Source: Candidatus Acidianus copahuensis (GTDB lineage: Archaea; Thermoproteota; Thermoprotei_A; Sulfolobales; Sulfolobaceae). From it: 24,000 nucleotides of DNA. Positions 1 to 8,156 of this stretch are shown here, piece by piece. Where the stretch lies: positions 72,252-96,251 of the forward strand of contig NZ_JFZT01000019.1 in NCBI RefSeq assembly GCF_000632495.1, in the 5' to 3' direction. The notes beneath the pieces are model-generated. The model saw only the letters and a program-made list of their open reading frames with translations, had not been told where the DNA came from and did no database searches. The position numbers and the translations under genes are program-made. Position 1 is the first letter of the stretch; each line of letters opens with the position of its first letter.

Positions 1-694
1 CCACGTCAACTCCTCTATTTTCTGTAAATTTCCTCACCTCTTCCTCAACTTTTATTTTCTTTGGATTAAGAGCCACGTCAGCACCTATACTTAATGCAAA
101 TTCTGCCCTAAATTCAGAGACGTCAGATACAATTACCTTATCTACATTTTTTGTTTTGAGAAGCATCACATGAAGTAAACCCATGGGTCCTGCTCCTACA
201 ACTAGAACTGAATCCTTGTCTTCTATTCCTATTCTTCTTTGAGCTCTAACTACGGTGCCGAGAGGTTCTATAAAGGATCCCTCGTCAAAGCTTACATTAT
301 CTGGAAGCTTAAGAATACCTCCTCGTGAAACATTCCATGCTGGAACTCTGAAGTATTCCGAAAAACCTCCTGGATCTAAATTTGTTTTTCTGTAGTAAGG
401 GCACATTGTAGGACTTCCCTTTTTGCAATAATAACATTCGTAGCATGGTACGTGATGATGAGCAAAAACTCTTTCACCGGGTTTAATCCAGTCTACAGTT
501 GATTGTTCAACTATTCCTGCAGGTTCATGTCCTAATATGGGCTGTGAGGCTGTGTATTGTCCGCATATCTTTTCTACGTCTGTTCCGCATAGTCCACAAG
601 CTTTCATCTTAACTAATACGTCTCCTTCTAATAGTTTAGGGATAGGAACTTCCTTTAAGACTGGCTTACCACCTTCAAGTAGAATTGCCCTCAT
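1..694 (-). CDS. Zn-dependent alcohol/threonine/sorbitol dehydrogenase (MDR family), N-terminal part; the C-terminus lies beyond the window start
   Basis: Absent from the ORF track because it runs off the window. Reverse-strand translation from the ATG at 694-692 reads MRAILLEGGKPVLKEVPIPKLLEGDVLVKMKACGLCGTDVEK..LGHEPAG..PCYECYYCKKGSPTMC..VVGAGPMGLL. The catalytic Cys/His ligands, the structural C-x2-C-x2-C-x7-C zinc lobe and the GxGxxG fold are all present. Confidence 0.85.
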   Translation of the reverse strand, partial: MRAILLEGGKPVLKEVPIPKLLEGDVLVKMKACGLCGTDVEKICGQYTASQPILGHEPAGIVEQSTVDWIKPGERVFAHHHVPCYECYYCKKGSPTMCPYYRKTNLDPGGFSEYFRVPAWNVSRGGILKLPDNVSFDEGSFIEPLGTVVRAQRRIGIEDKDSVLVVGAGPMGLLHVMLLKTKNVDKVIVSDVSEFRAEFALSIGADVALNPKKIKVEEEVRKFTENRGVDV

Positions 695-742
695 ATATTT
701 ACGCTCATCCACGAGAATTTAAGCGAAACTTTCTTGGCACAG

Positions 743-750
743 TATATATA
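743..750 (+). promoter_or_regulatory. TATA-box-like element (TATATATA) for the 774 gene, leaderless spacing
   Basis: Centre is about 27 nt upstream of the ATG at 774. The same spacing recurs at many genes in this window. Confidence 0.4.
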
Positions 751-773
751 GTAGTACATAAATAGTTTATAAT

Positions 774-1319
774 ATGAACACTTTCATATTACTCTCTCTT
801 GTATTAATTGCTGTTGACGTTATTTACCTTGCTATTCCTTTTATTTTAACTAGAAAGTTAAAGGTTATCGAAATTCCTACTAATTTTGGTAACGTGAAAG
901 TAAAGGTTATGGAAAGGAACGAAGTGAATGCATTTTCCTTTTACAATGGAGAATTAATAATTACTTCTGGTATGCTAAACTTGCCCTTAGAGGATATATC
1001 AGCAGCTATTGCTCATGAGATAGGACATATTAAGCTATTGCATCATCTTAAAACGCTACTGTTTATTAATATCATGCTTGCCATATCTCTTTACTTTTTC
1101 GGCACACCTTACATATTAATTATAGTTTCCATCATAATGATTTTACTTCAGAGATTTCTTTCAAGGCTTTTTGAAATACAAGCAGATAGCTTTGCCGGTA
1201 GTCTAGTAGGGAAGGAAAACGTTATTGACTTAATTATGAAATTTGGAGAGAGAAAAGCAGGTTTACTTTCTACTCATCCTTCAGCACTAGTTAGAGTGAA
1301 CTATTTAAGAAGAGGTTAA
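774..1319 (+). CDS. Minimal M48-family (HtpX-like) zinc metalloprotease, membrane protein
   Basis: HEIGH (HExxH) motif, a downstream EIQAD Glu ligand, a C-terminal STHPS..R..YL motif, and an N-terminal plus central hydrophobic helices. Only 181 aa. Confidence 0.7.
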   Translation: MNTFILLSLVLIAVDVIYLAIPFILTRKLKVIEIPTNFGNVKVKVMERNEVNAFSFYNGELIITSGMLNLPLEDISAAIAHEIGHIKLLHHLKTLLFINIMLAISLYFFGTPYILIIVSIIMILLQRFLSRLFEIQADSFAGSLVGKENVIDLIMKFGERKAGLLSTHPSALVRVNYLRRG

Positions 1320-1382
1320 ACTTTGATTCTCTTTTTCCTAAAATCCCAAAAAATTTAAGGATATAAATATATACTTCTATTT

Positions 1383-3512
1383 ATGCAATATGTAGGAAGG
1401 CCGATAAAGAGGATAGAAGATCCTAGGCTAATAACAGGAAAGGGAACATATGTAGATGATATTAAGTTACCTGGAGAAATGTTTGTTGCTTTTCTAAGAT
1501 CAAGTAAGCCACATGCTTATATTAACGTCAAGAAAGCAGAGGGAATTTTTACAGGTGAGGACATAAATCCCGGAGCTGACTTCCCAATAGCAAGTAAGGA
1601 AGTAACATATGTTGGACAGCCTATAGCAATTGTAATAGCAAAAGATAGATATGAAGCATATGATCTTTTAGAGAGTATTGAAGTAGAATATACTGACCTT
1701 CCATTTACTCTAGATCCAGAAAAAGCAGTTAAGGATGAGGTAAAAGTTTATACTGGCTTAAAGAGTAATATATACTTTAATAAACAGTACATTTCTGGTG
1801 ATGCAGATAAAGCTCTAGAGAAAAGTGATCTCGTGATTGATGGAGAACTGATTAATCAACGAGTCATAGCATCTCCTATAGAGACCAGAGGTATTTTAGC
1901 CAATTTTGATGGTCAAAAGCTTACTGTTTGGTCATCTACGCAGTCCGCTCATTTCTTGAGAAGGAATTTGGTTAGCTATCTTGGAATGTCAAACGTAAGG
2001 GTTATCCAACCAGATGTGGGTGGAGCATTTGGCAGTAAGATAATAAGTCATCCAGAATATTATGCGGTATCCAAGTTAGCAATTAGAACTGGCTTTCCCC
2101 TCAAATGGGTTCCAACCAGGACAGAGGAAATGATAAGTGCTGGGCATGGAAGGGATAAAAAGTTTAAGTTTAAGGTCGGCTTTAAGAGGGATGGTACAAT
2201 AACTGCCCTTAAGGGAGATGTAATAGGAGATTTGGGCGCACCCTATTATGACGCTAATGACGATGAGTCTGGTAACGTATTAAGTACAACAAGGATGATA
2301 TTAGGTCCTTATAGAATAAGGGATGCATTAGTTAACGCCATAGCAGTACATACAAATAAGGTTCCAACAACATCCTACAGGGGAGCCGGAAGGCCAGAGG
2401 CCACTTACTTCATAGAGAGGATAATTAACATGATTGCTAACGAAGTCAAATTAGATCCAATAGATGTTAGACTCAAGAATGTTATAAGGCCAGAAGAGAT
2501 GCCATATAAGAACGGATTTGGGATAACTTATGATACGGGAGATTATCCGTCAATTTTAGAAAGAGCTAGATCTCAGTATAAAGAGCTGATCTCTGAGGCT
2601 AAAAGAGATGAATGCGTAGGGTTGGGCATGTACGTTGAAATAACTTCTTTTGGTCCATGGGAAACAGCTAGAGTTTTTGCAAAGTCCGATGGAAAAGTGG
2701 TCGTTATAACCGGTTCAGGTCCTCATGGACAAGGAGATGCTACAGGAATGGCACAGATAGCTGCAGACGTTTTAGGGATTTCTATGGATGAGATCGAGGT
2801 AAAGTGGGGCGATACTGATATCATAGAAGACGGGATAGGCACTTGGGGGAGTAGAACTATAACGGTTGGTGGTTCAGCAGTAATGAAGGCTTCCCAAGAA
2901 TTAAGGGAAAGATTGGTCTCAGCTTCTGCAAAAATGTTGAATGCGCAGCCAGACGAAATTGAGATTTCTAATGGGAAAATTACAAGTAGGAAGGATAGTA
3001 AATCTGCAACGATAAGGGAAGTAATATCCTTTGCCTACTCTAACGGTATACCATTAGATGTGACGTATGTCTACAATCCAGGAAAACCAACTACGCCATA
3101 CGGTGTTCATATGGCCTTAGTTAACGTGGACAAGGATACTGGAATTATTAAAGTAAAAAAGTATGTTGCCATTGACGATATAGGTAAAGTAATTAATCCA
3201 TTAACCGCAGAAGGGCAAATTCAAGGTGGAGTTGTTCAAGGTATAGCACAAGCAATCTACGAGGAGGCAGTAATAGATGGTCAGGGAAGTTTAGTAGACT
3301 CTAACCTCAACGATTACGGATTTCCAACTGCTGTGGAATCTCCTACTATTATTTGGGAATATATAGAAAAAGGTCTTTCCTCTCATCCTACTGGAAGTAA
3401 AGGCGTAGGCGAAGCGGGTGCAGTTGTTGGGACTCCGGTTATAGTTAATGCTGTAGAAAACTGCTTAGGTAAGAAGATAGTCAAAATGCCTATAAAAATA
3501 GATGAGGTTTAA
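1383..3512 (+). CDS. Molybdopterin-binding large subunit of the xanthine dehydrogenase / aldehyde oxidoreductase / CoxL(CutA) family
   Basis: 709 aa. N-terminal IKRIEDPRLITGKG, GGAFGSK, SYRGAGRPEATYFIER and C-terminal KGVGEAG (catalytic Glu region). The AYxCSFR loop of true Mo-CO dehydrogenases is absent. Confidence 0.85.
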   Translation: MQYVGRPIKRIEDPRLITGKGTYVDDIKLPGEMFVAFLRSSKPHAYINVKKAEGIFTGEDINPGADFPIASKEVTYVGQPIAIVIAKDRYEAYDLLESIEVEYTDLPFTLDPEKAVKDEVKVYTGLKSNIYFNKQYISGDADKALEKSDLVIDGELINQRVIASPIETRGILANFDGQKLTVWSSTQSAHFLRRNLVSYLGMSNVRVIQPDVGGAFGSKIISHPEYYAVSKLAIRTGFPLKWVPTRTEEMISAGHGRDKKFKFKVGFKRDGTITALKGDVIGDLGAPYYDANDDESGNVLSTTRMILGPYRIRDALVNAIAVHTNKVPTTSYRGAGRPEATYFIERIINMIANEVKLDPIDVRLKNVIRPEEMPYKNGFGITYDTGDYPSILERARSQYKELISEAKRDECVGLGMYVEITSFGPWETARVFAKSDGKVVVITGSGPHGQGDATGMAQIAADVLGISMDEIEVKWGDTDIIEDGIGTWGSRTITVGGSAVMKASQELRERLVSASAKMLNAQPDEIEISNGKITSRKDSKSATIREVISFAYSNGIPLDVTYVYNPGKPTTPYGVHMALVNVDKDTGIIKVKKYVAIDDIGKVINPLTAEGQIQGGVVQGIAQAIYEEAVIDGQGSLVDSNLNDYGFPTAVESPTIIWEYIEKGLSSHPTGSKGVGEAGAVVGTPVIVNAVENCLGKKIVKMPIKIDEV

Positions 3513-3973
3513 TGCAAAGGCACTTTTTGTCTCAGAAGGAACTTAAAGCTGTAATTGAGAAGGTAAAACAAAAATACAATATAGACATAAATCCCGAAAA
3601 GGCTGAAATAGGAAAAGAGAAAAAACAAATTTTTTTCTTCTTTGATGGAAAGCTCAGTTTATTTTCAGAAGAACTAATACCGACATTATGCTTAATAGAA
3701 TCCCTGAAATTAGATCTTCCATATGTTGAAGTTGATGAAGGAGCAGTAAGAGCCATACTCAAAGGTGCAGATCTTTTTGTTCCTGGTATTAAGTCCTTTC
3801 ATTGCGAAAATAGTAAGCCGGGAGATATTATTTTAGTCAAGACAACTGCAGAGAGACCTATAGCTGTTATGAAAATGCTTATAACCGTCGAAGAGGCTCT
3901 TTCCACTAAGAAGGGAAAGTTCGCTCAATCCCTTCATTTCTTAGGCGATGAAATATGGAAAATGTGCAGGTGA
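3512..3973 (+). CDS. PUA-domain RNA-binding protein (archaeal MCT-1/Tma20-like)
   Basis: 153 aa. DEGAVRAILKGADLFVPGI and the following beta-rich region are typical of a PUA domain. The start ATG overlaps the upstream TAA stop (TAATG). Confidence 0.65.
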   Translation: MQRHFLSQKELKAVIEKVKQKYNIDINPEKAEIGKEKKQIFFFFDGKLSLFSEELIPTLCLIESLKLDLPYVEVDEGAVRAILKGADLFVPGIKSFHCENSKPGDIILVKTTAERPIAVMKMLITVEEALSTKKGKFAQSLHFLGDEIWKMCR

Positions 3974-3977
3974 TTAA

Positions 3978-4664
3978 ATGATTTACATAGTTATCCCGAC
4001 CTATAAGGAAAAGGAAAATATAACTAGGTTAGTGAAAGTTATAAATTCTACAATTGATGCTACTGTCCTAATTGTTGATGATAATAGTCAAGATGGCACA
4101 TTAGAGGCTCTAAATTCTTTAGGATTTTCTAACTTGGTTGTAGTTGAAAGAAAAACTGAAAGGGGTTTAGGATCGGCAATAAGGTCTGGGATAAAAACTG
4201 CCCTTGATAAAGGAGCTGAATATGTAATTACAATGGATGCAGATTTCAGTCATGATCCATTATATCTACCATATTTCTTAGATAAAGGAAAAGAAGGTTA
4301 TGATTTAGTTATCGGATCAAGGTATATCAAGGGAGGAAAGATAGAGAACTGGCCATTAAAAAGGAGAATTATTAGTAAAGGGGCTAATTTTTTGGTTAAA
4401 TTCTTTCTTAAATCTCCACTTCACGATAATACCTCTAACTATAGACTTTATTCTAAGAGAGCTTTAGAGGAAGTTATAAAATGCGATAATGCTAATGGCT
4501 TTGAATTTCAGATATGTGCAATTTATTCGATAATTAAAGCAAAACTTAAAATTGGAGAGATCCCCATAGTTTTTAGAGATAGAGAAAATGGAAATAGTAA
4601 ACTTACTACAAAAGAGATGTATACATGGTTTAAGTACTTACTCAAGCTTTACTCTTCCTCTTAA
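3978..4664 (+). CDS. GT2-family glycosyltransferase, dolichyl/polyprenyl-phosphate mannose (or glucose) synthase type
   Basis: IVIPTYKEKENI, VDDNSQDGT, ITMDADFSHDP (DxD region), GSRY. 228 aa soluble catalytic domain. Confidence 0.8.
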   Translation: MIYIVIPTYKEKENITRLVKVINSTIDATVLIVDDNSQDGTLEALNSLGFSNLVVVERKTERGLGSAIRSGIKTALDKGAEYVITMDADFSHDPLYLPYFLDKGKEGYDLVIGSRYIKGGKIENWPLKRRIISKGANFLVKFFLKSPLHDNTSNYRLYSKRALEEVIKCDNANGFEFQICAIYSIIKAKLKIGEIPIVFRDRENGNSKLTTKEMYTWFKYLLKLYSSS

Positions 4665-4956
4665 GTTTCAAAACCTCTTCCTTTAAGTCGTCTATTTCTT
4701 TCTTGAGAGCATTAATCTCGCTCTCATGGATTTGTACAATCTTCTCTAATTTTTCAATAGCGTTTTCTCCCTCAGCTTTTAGTTTAATTACTTCCCTTTC
4801 ATCTACAGTTATAAATCCTAGTCTTTCAAGTTCTTTCACATATCCTTTTGCCGTTTTTGGAGATACCTTTAGTTCAAGGGCTAAGTCCTTCACATTTATT
4901 TCCCCTTTATTTTTAACCATGTTTAGAATGTCTTGAAGTCTTGGCGTTAGCTCCAT
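4642..4956 (-). CDS. Small winged-helix DNA-binding protein with a C-terminal coiled coil (Lrs14/MarR-like)
   Basis: 104 aa. INVKDLALELKVSPKTAKGYVKELERLGFI resembles a wHTH. The C-terminal 45 aa is heptad-like and charged (EKLEKIVQIHESEINALKKEIDDLKEEVLKLK). Confidence 0.6.
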   Translation of the reverse strand: MELTPRLQDILNMVKNKGEINVKDLALELKVSPKTAKGYVKELERLGFITVDEREVIKLKAEGENAIEKLEKIVQIHESEINALKKEIDDLKEEVLKLKRKSKA

Positions 4957-4980
4957 GGATATAAGATCGTGAAAAAGAGT

Positions 4981-4990
4981 GTTTTTAAGG
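4981..4990. promoter_or_regulatory. AT-rich TATA-like element (GTTTTTAAGG) in the 63-bp divergent intergenic region, possibly serving both flanking genes
   Basis: Centre is about 30 nt from the minus-strand ATG (4956) and about 34 nt from the plus-strand TTG (5020). Confidence 0.3.
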
Positions 4991-5019
4991 AAATAGCCTC
5001 TAGATTATAAGGAACAACT

Positions 5020-5970
5020 TTGGCTCTATTGTTAAAGGAAAAGGATGTAGCATCTATCCTTAATTTTAAGGATTCTTATAGGGCTTTAAGGGAAGCGTTT
5101 GAGAAACTTGGGGGTAAAAATGCAGTAAACTCTAAGAGAGTTAGAACTTCTTTCCTTGGCACAACTCTCACATATCAAGCAGGAGGGATTGACAATTACG
5201 TTGGTTTTAAGACATATATTAAAGGTAATTTTATCTCTATGCTATTTTCGTCAGAAGGTGAACTTCTAGCTATTGTTGAGTCTGATAGGATGGGTCAGAT
5301 AAGAACGTCTGCCCTCTCTGTATTAGCCTCAGATGTGATCAAGGGTAACTATTCCTCCGTTGGAATAATTGGTCTTGGTAAGCAGGGTTTAGCTCAAGTA
5401 GAGTGCTTTTTCTCAATAAAGGGGATTTCTCCAACAGTATTTACTAGATCTCAAGAGAGGTTATCTAAATCTCTTGAATTCCTTAGATCTAGGGGAATTG
5501 GAGTCAACACTTCAACTTCGATAAAAGACCTAATCAAGTCATCAGAAGTTGTAGTTTCAATAACTTCAGCAAAGGATCCCTTTATAAAACTGGATTACAT
5601 AAATAAACCCCTTCACTTGAACCTTATGGGCTCTAATATACCTGAAAGAGTTGAGGCATATCCTGAGGTAATTAAAGCCTCGGAGACTATAGCCGTTGAA
5701 GATGTAGAACAGGCCCTTGAAGAGGCTGGAGATCTAGTATTAGCCAATAAGATGAATATGTTAGACGTAAGTAAAGTAATCGGTTTTTCTTCAATTTTAG
5801 TTGGAAAAGTTAAGATAAATAAAGAAGGGATTACCATTTTTAAGTCTACAGGAATAGGTTTAGAGGATGTTGCAGTTCTCAAGGTAATATATGAGAAAGC
5901 AGTAAAGATGGGATTAGGAAAAGAAGTAGAGGTCGTCGGTAAATGGTTTCCAGAATTGGGGAACAAATAG
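5020..5970 (+). CDS. Ornithine cyclodeaminase / mu-crystallin family NAD(P)-dependent enzyme (cyclodeaminase, ketimine reductase or alanine dehydrogenase type)
   Basis: 316 aa. Family-typical N-terminus (LLKEKDV..IL...), a Rossmann motif IGLGKQG, and a C-terminal KSTGIGLEDVA motif. Uses a TTG start; the first in-frame Met is near residue 90, so a non-ATG start is required for a full-length protein. Confidence 0.75.
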   Translation: MALLLKEKDVASILNFKDSYRALREAFEKLGGKNAVNSKRVRTSFLGTTLTYQAGGIDNYVGFKTYIKGNFISMLFSSEGELLAIVESDRMGQIRTSALSVLASDVIKGNYSSVGIIGLGKQGLAQVECFFSIKGISPTVFTRSQERLSKSLEFLRSRGIGVNTSTSIKDLIKSSEVVVSITSAKDPFIKLDYINKPLHLNLMGSNIPERVEAYPEVIKASETIAVEDVEQALEEAGDLVLANKMNMLDVSKVIGFSSILVGKVKINKEGITIFKSTGIGLEDVAVLKVIYEKAVKMGLGKEVEVVGKWFPELGNK

Positions 5971-7085
5971 AAATTTCTCCAGTAGAGTTAGCCTCACAAA
6001 AGGCAAAAAAGACCAGAATAAACTTGGCGAGTGGATCTCCAGATCCTTCTACGATTCCCGTTAAGGAGATTGAAGAAACATATAATGAAGTTCTAGAAGA
6101 TCTTGGGGCTAAGGCACTATCGTATCCAGGCGCTGGAGGACAGGAAGAACTTATAGAAGAAATTGAAAAATATTTAAGTCCTTTAGGCATATTAGACAAG
6201 AACGACAGGATAGTTGTAACTAGTGGAGCCCAGCATGCAATGGAGCTTTTAGGAAAATATTTCCTTGAAGGCGATACAATAGCAGTAGAGAATCCAACGT
6301 TTATCGAAACTTTTAACGCCCTAAAGTTAAGATCTTCTGTTGTACTTCCGATTGACTTAGATGAAAATGGTATAAAAGTAGATGAGCTTAAGGAGTTGAT
6401 TAAGGTTGTTAAGATATCTCTTCTCTATATAATACCTAATTGTCACAATCCTGCAGGGGTTAACTTAAGTGAAACGAGAAGGAAGGAATTGGTTGAGTTA
6501 GCCTCAGAAAATGACTTTTACATTATAGAAGATGATCCTTATAGACCAATAGCATGCAATTTGCCTAAACCAATAAAATATTTCGATAAAGATGGTAGAG
6601 TAATTTATGTTGGTAGTTTCAGCAAAGTCTTAGCTCCAGGATTGAGAATAGGTTTTTCAGTTCTTAGAGGAGAAATTGCAGAAAAAATATCTCTTATAGA
6701 GCAACTTGATTTCTCGACATCAACTATTAACCAATACGTAGTATCGCGTCTATTAAAAAAGGGCTTAATTCAATCTAGAACGGAAGAGCTAGCAAAACAT
6801 TATTCTAGGAAAATGAAAGTATTAAGAGATTCCTTATTAGATAAAGGATTTCAGAACTTCAACAATCCTAGCTGTGGATTTTTCTTGCTTTTAAATTTAG
6901 GAGTAGATAGTTGGAAGGCATTCAATGAAGCAATAAATGCTGGACTTAGTTTTGTTCCAGCCAAACCTTTTTTCTTAAGGGGAGGAGAAACTATGGCAAG
7001 ACTAAGCGTTGCCATTTCAAATGAAGATCAAATAAAGGAAGGTGTAGATATACTTTCATCTATAAAGAAAAAAATTATACAATAA
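5943..7085 (+). CDS. Class I/II PLP-dependent aminotransferase (2-aminoadipate/aromatic/MocR-like catalytic domain)
   Basis: 380 aa. INLASGSPDP, NPTF, NCHNPAG, and SFSKVLAPGLRIGF (PLP-lysine motif). Overlaps the upstream gene by 28 nt. Confidence 0.8.
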   Translation: MVSRIGEQIEISPVELASQKAKKTRINLASGSPDPSTIPVKEIEETYNEVLEDLGAKALSYPGAGGQEELIEEIEKYLSPLGILDKNDRIVVTSGAQHAMELLGKYFLEGDTIAVENPTFIETFNALKLRSSVVLPIDLDENGIKVDELKELIKVVKISLLYIIPNCHNPAGVNLSETRRKELVELASENDFYIIEDDPYRPIACNLPKPIKYFDKDGRVIYVGSFSKVLAPGLRIGFSVLRGEIAEKISLIEQLDFSTSTINQYVVSRLLKKGLIQSRTEELAKHYSRKMKVLRDSLLDKGFQNFNNPSCGFFLLLNLGVDSWKAFNEAINAGLSFVPAKPFFLRGGETMARLSVAISNEDQIKEGVDILSSIKKKIIQ

Positions 7086-8127
7086 AGATATTTTTTTCAA
7101 GGGAGTTCAGAGGTTTCCCCCTCTTTTCCATAAATACCATGTCTTCAATCCTTATGCCAAACTTTCCAGGTACGTAAATTCCAGGTTCGACCGTAAATAT
7201 CATTCCATTAGTGACTCTCTCTAAATTATCCTGGGAAATATATGGGTCTTCATGTACATCAATTCCTATTCCATGTCCAGTCCTATGAATGAAAAATTTT
7301 CCATATCCGGCCATCGTTATTTTCTCTCTTGCTAGAGAGTCTATTTTCATTGCTGTCATATTTTCCTCGCCGTTCTCGGCGGATATTTGAGCCTCCTTCA
7401 CTATTTCATAAACTTTTTTCACATCTTCTGAGACGTTTCCTATAGATACTACTCTAGTTGTATCTGTTGAGTAATTCTTGTATTTTACTCCGAAGTCCAC
7501 TATTATTGGTTCGTTTCTATTTATTTTTCTATCAGTACATCTCAAATGAGGCATAGAAGTATTTGGCCCAGAGGTAAGAATGGTCTTGAAGGAATATCCA
7601 TCTGCCCCATTTTCAATGAATTTTTCTTCTAGAATATTTGCTAATTTGCACTCTGGAATACCTTCAGTAACATAGTCGAGAAATTGAAGAAAACTTTTCT
7701 CAGCTATCTTGATCCCTTCTTTCATAGTAGATATTTCTTGTTCATCCTTTATTGCCCTTAGCTTTCTTAACATCTTTGAGGCTTCAATTATCTTGCTAGG
7801 CTTAAAGTTGTTAATTATTTGAATTAAGAAAACTGACCATAATTGATCGTCAACTCCTATTGACGAGCCAGTCTTTAGCGTAAGTTTAGAATATGGATTT
7901 TCCCCATCCTCATACGATATTGTAGCTATCTTTGTTTTCTCTAGCTGTTCCTCATATAATTTAGGAGCAAGGAAGAATTCATCATCCTTACTTATTATGA
8001 GGAAGAGAGGTCTTTCCATTTGTTCTTCGAAAAATCCAGTTAGGTAGAAGGTATTACTTCCTGGAGAAAGAATAACGTAATCCAATGCTTCTTTTTCCAT
8101 GAGATCCCTTAGTTTTTTTACTCTCAT
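7075..8127 (-). CDS. M24-family Xaa-Pro dipeptidase / aminopeptidase P-like
   Basis: 350 aa. A creatinase-like N-domain followed by the pita-bread motifs VDFG..YSTDTTR, HRTGHGIGIDVHEDP, EPGIY and IRIEDMV. Confidence 0.85.
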   Translation of the reverse strand: MRVKKLRDLMEKEALDYVILSPGSNTFYLTGFFEEQMERPLFLIISKDDEFFLAPKLYEEQLEKTKIATISYEDGENPYSKLTLKTGSSIGVDDQLWSVFLIQIINNFKPSKIIEASKMLRKLRAIKDEQEISTMKEGIKIAEKSFLQFLDYVTEGIPECKLANILEEKFIENGADGYSFKTILTSGPNTSMPHLRCTDRKINRNEPIIVDFGVKYKNYSTDTTRVVSIGNVSEDVKKVYEIVKEAQISAENGEENMTAMKIDSLAREKITMAGYGKFFIHRTGHGIGIDVHEDPYISQDNLERVTNGMIFTVEPGIYVPGKFGIRIEDMVFMEKRGKPLNSLEKNIFIV

Positions 8128-8156
8128 GTTCTATTTCTTGAATTAGGATCTAAAGA

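Noticed and set aside
537-722. 61-aa plus-strand ORF from the ORF track
   Set aside because: It lies antisense within the clearly homologous Zn-dehydrogenase gene (1..694, minus strand). Its composition is low-complexity Ser/Pro/Thr-rich, typical of a shadow frame.
1383-3512. Annotation as aerobic carbon monoxide dehydrogenase (CoxL)
   Set aside because: The CODH-specific active-site loop (AYxCSFR) is replaced by SYRGAGRPE, and no coxM, coxS or accessory genes are adjacent. Only the generic Mo-hydroxylase family call is justified.
5613-6199. Two minus-strand ORFs (5613..5966 and 5879..6199) antisense to the OCD and aminotransferase genes
   Set aside because: They are shadow ORFs opposite genes with strong family motifs. 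They have no motifs of their own and Ser/Thr/Pro/Ile-rich compositions. The same reasoning applies to 3532..3762, 4703..4936, 14745..14927, 16596..16796, 18491..18754, 21550..21777 and 22945..23256.
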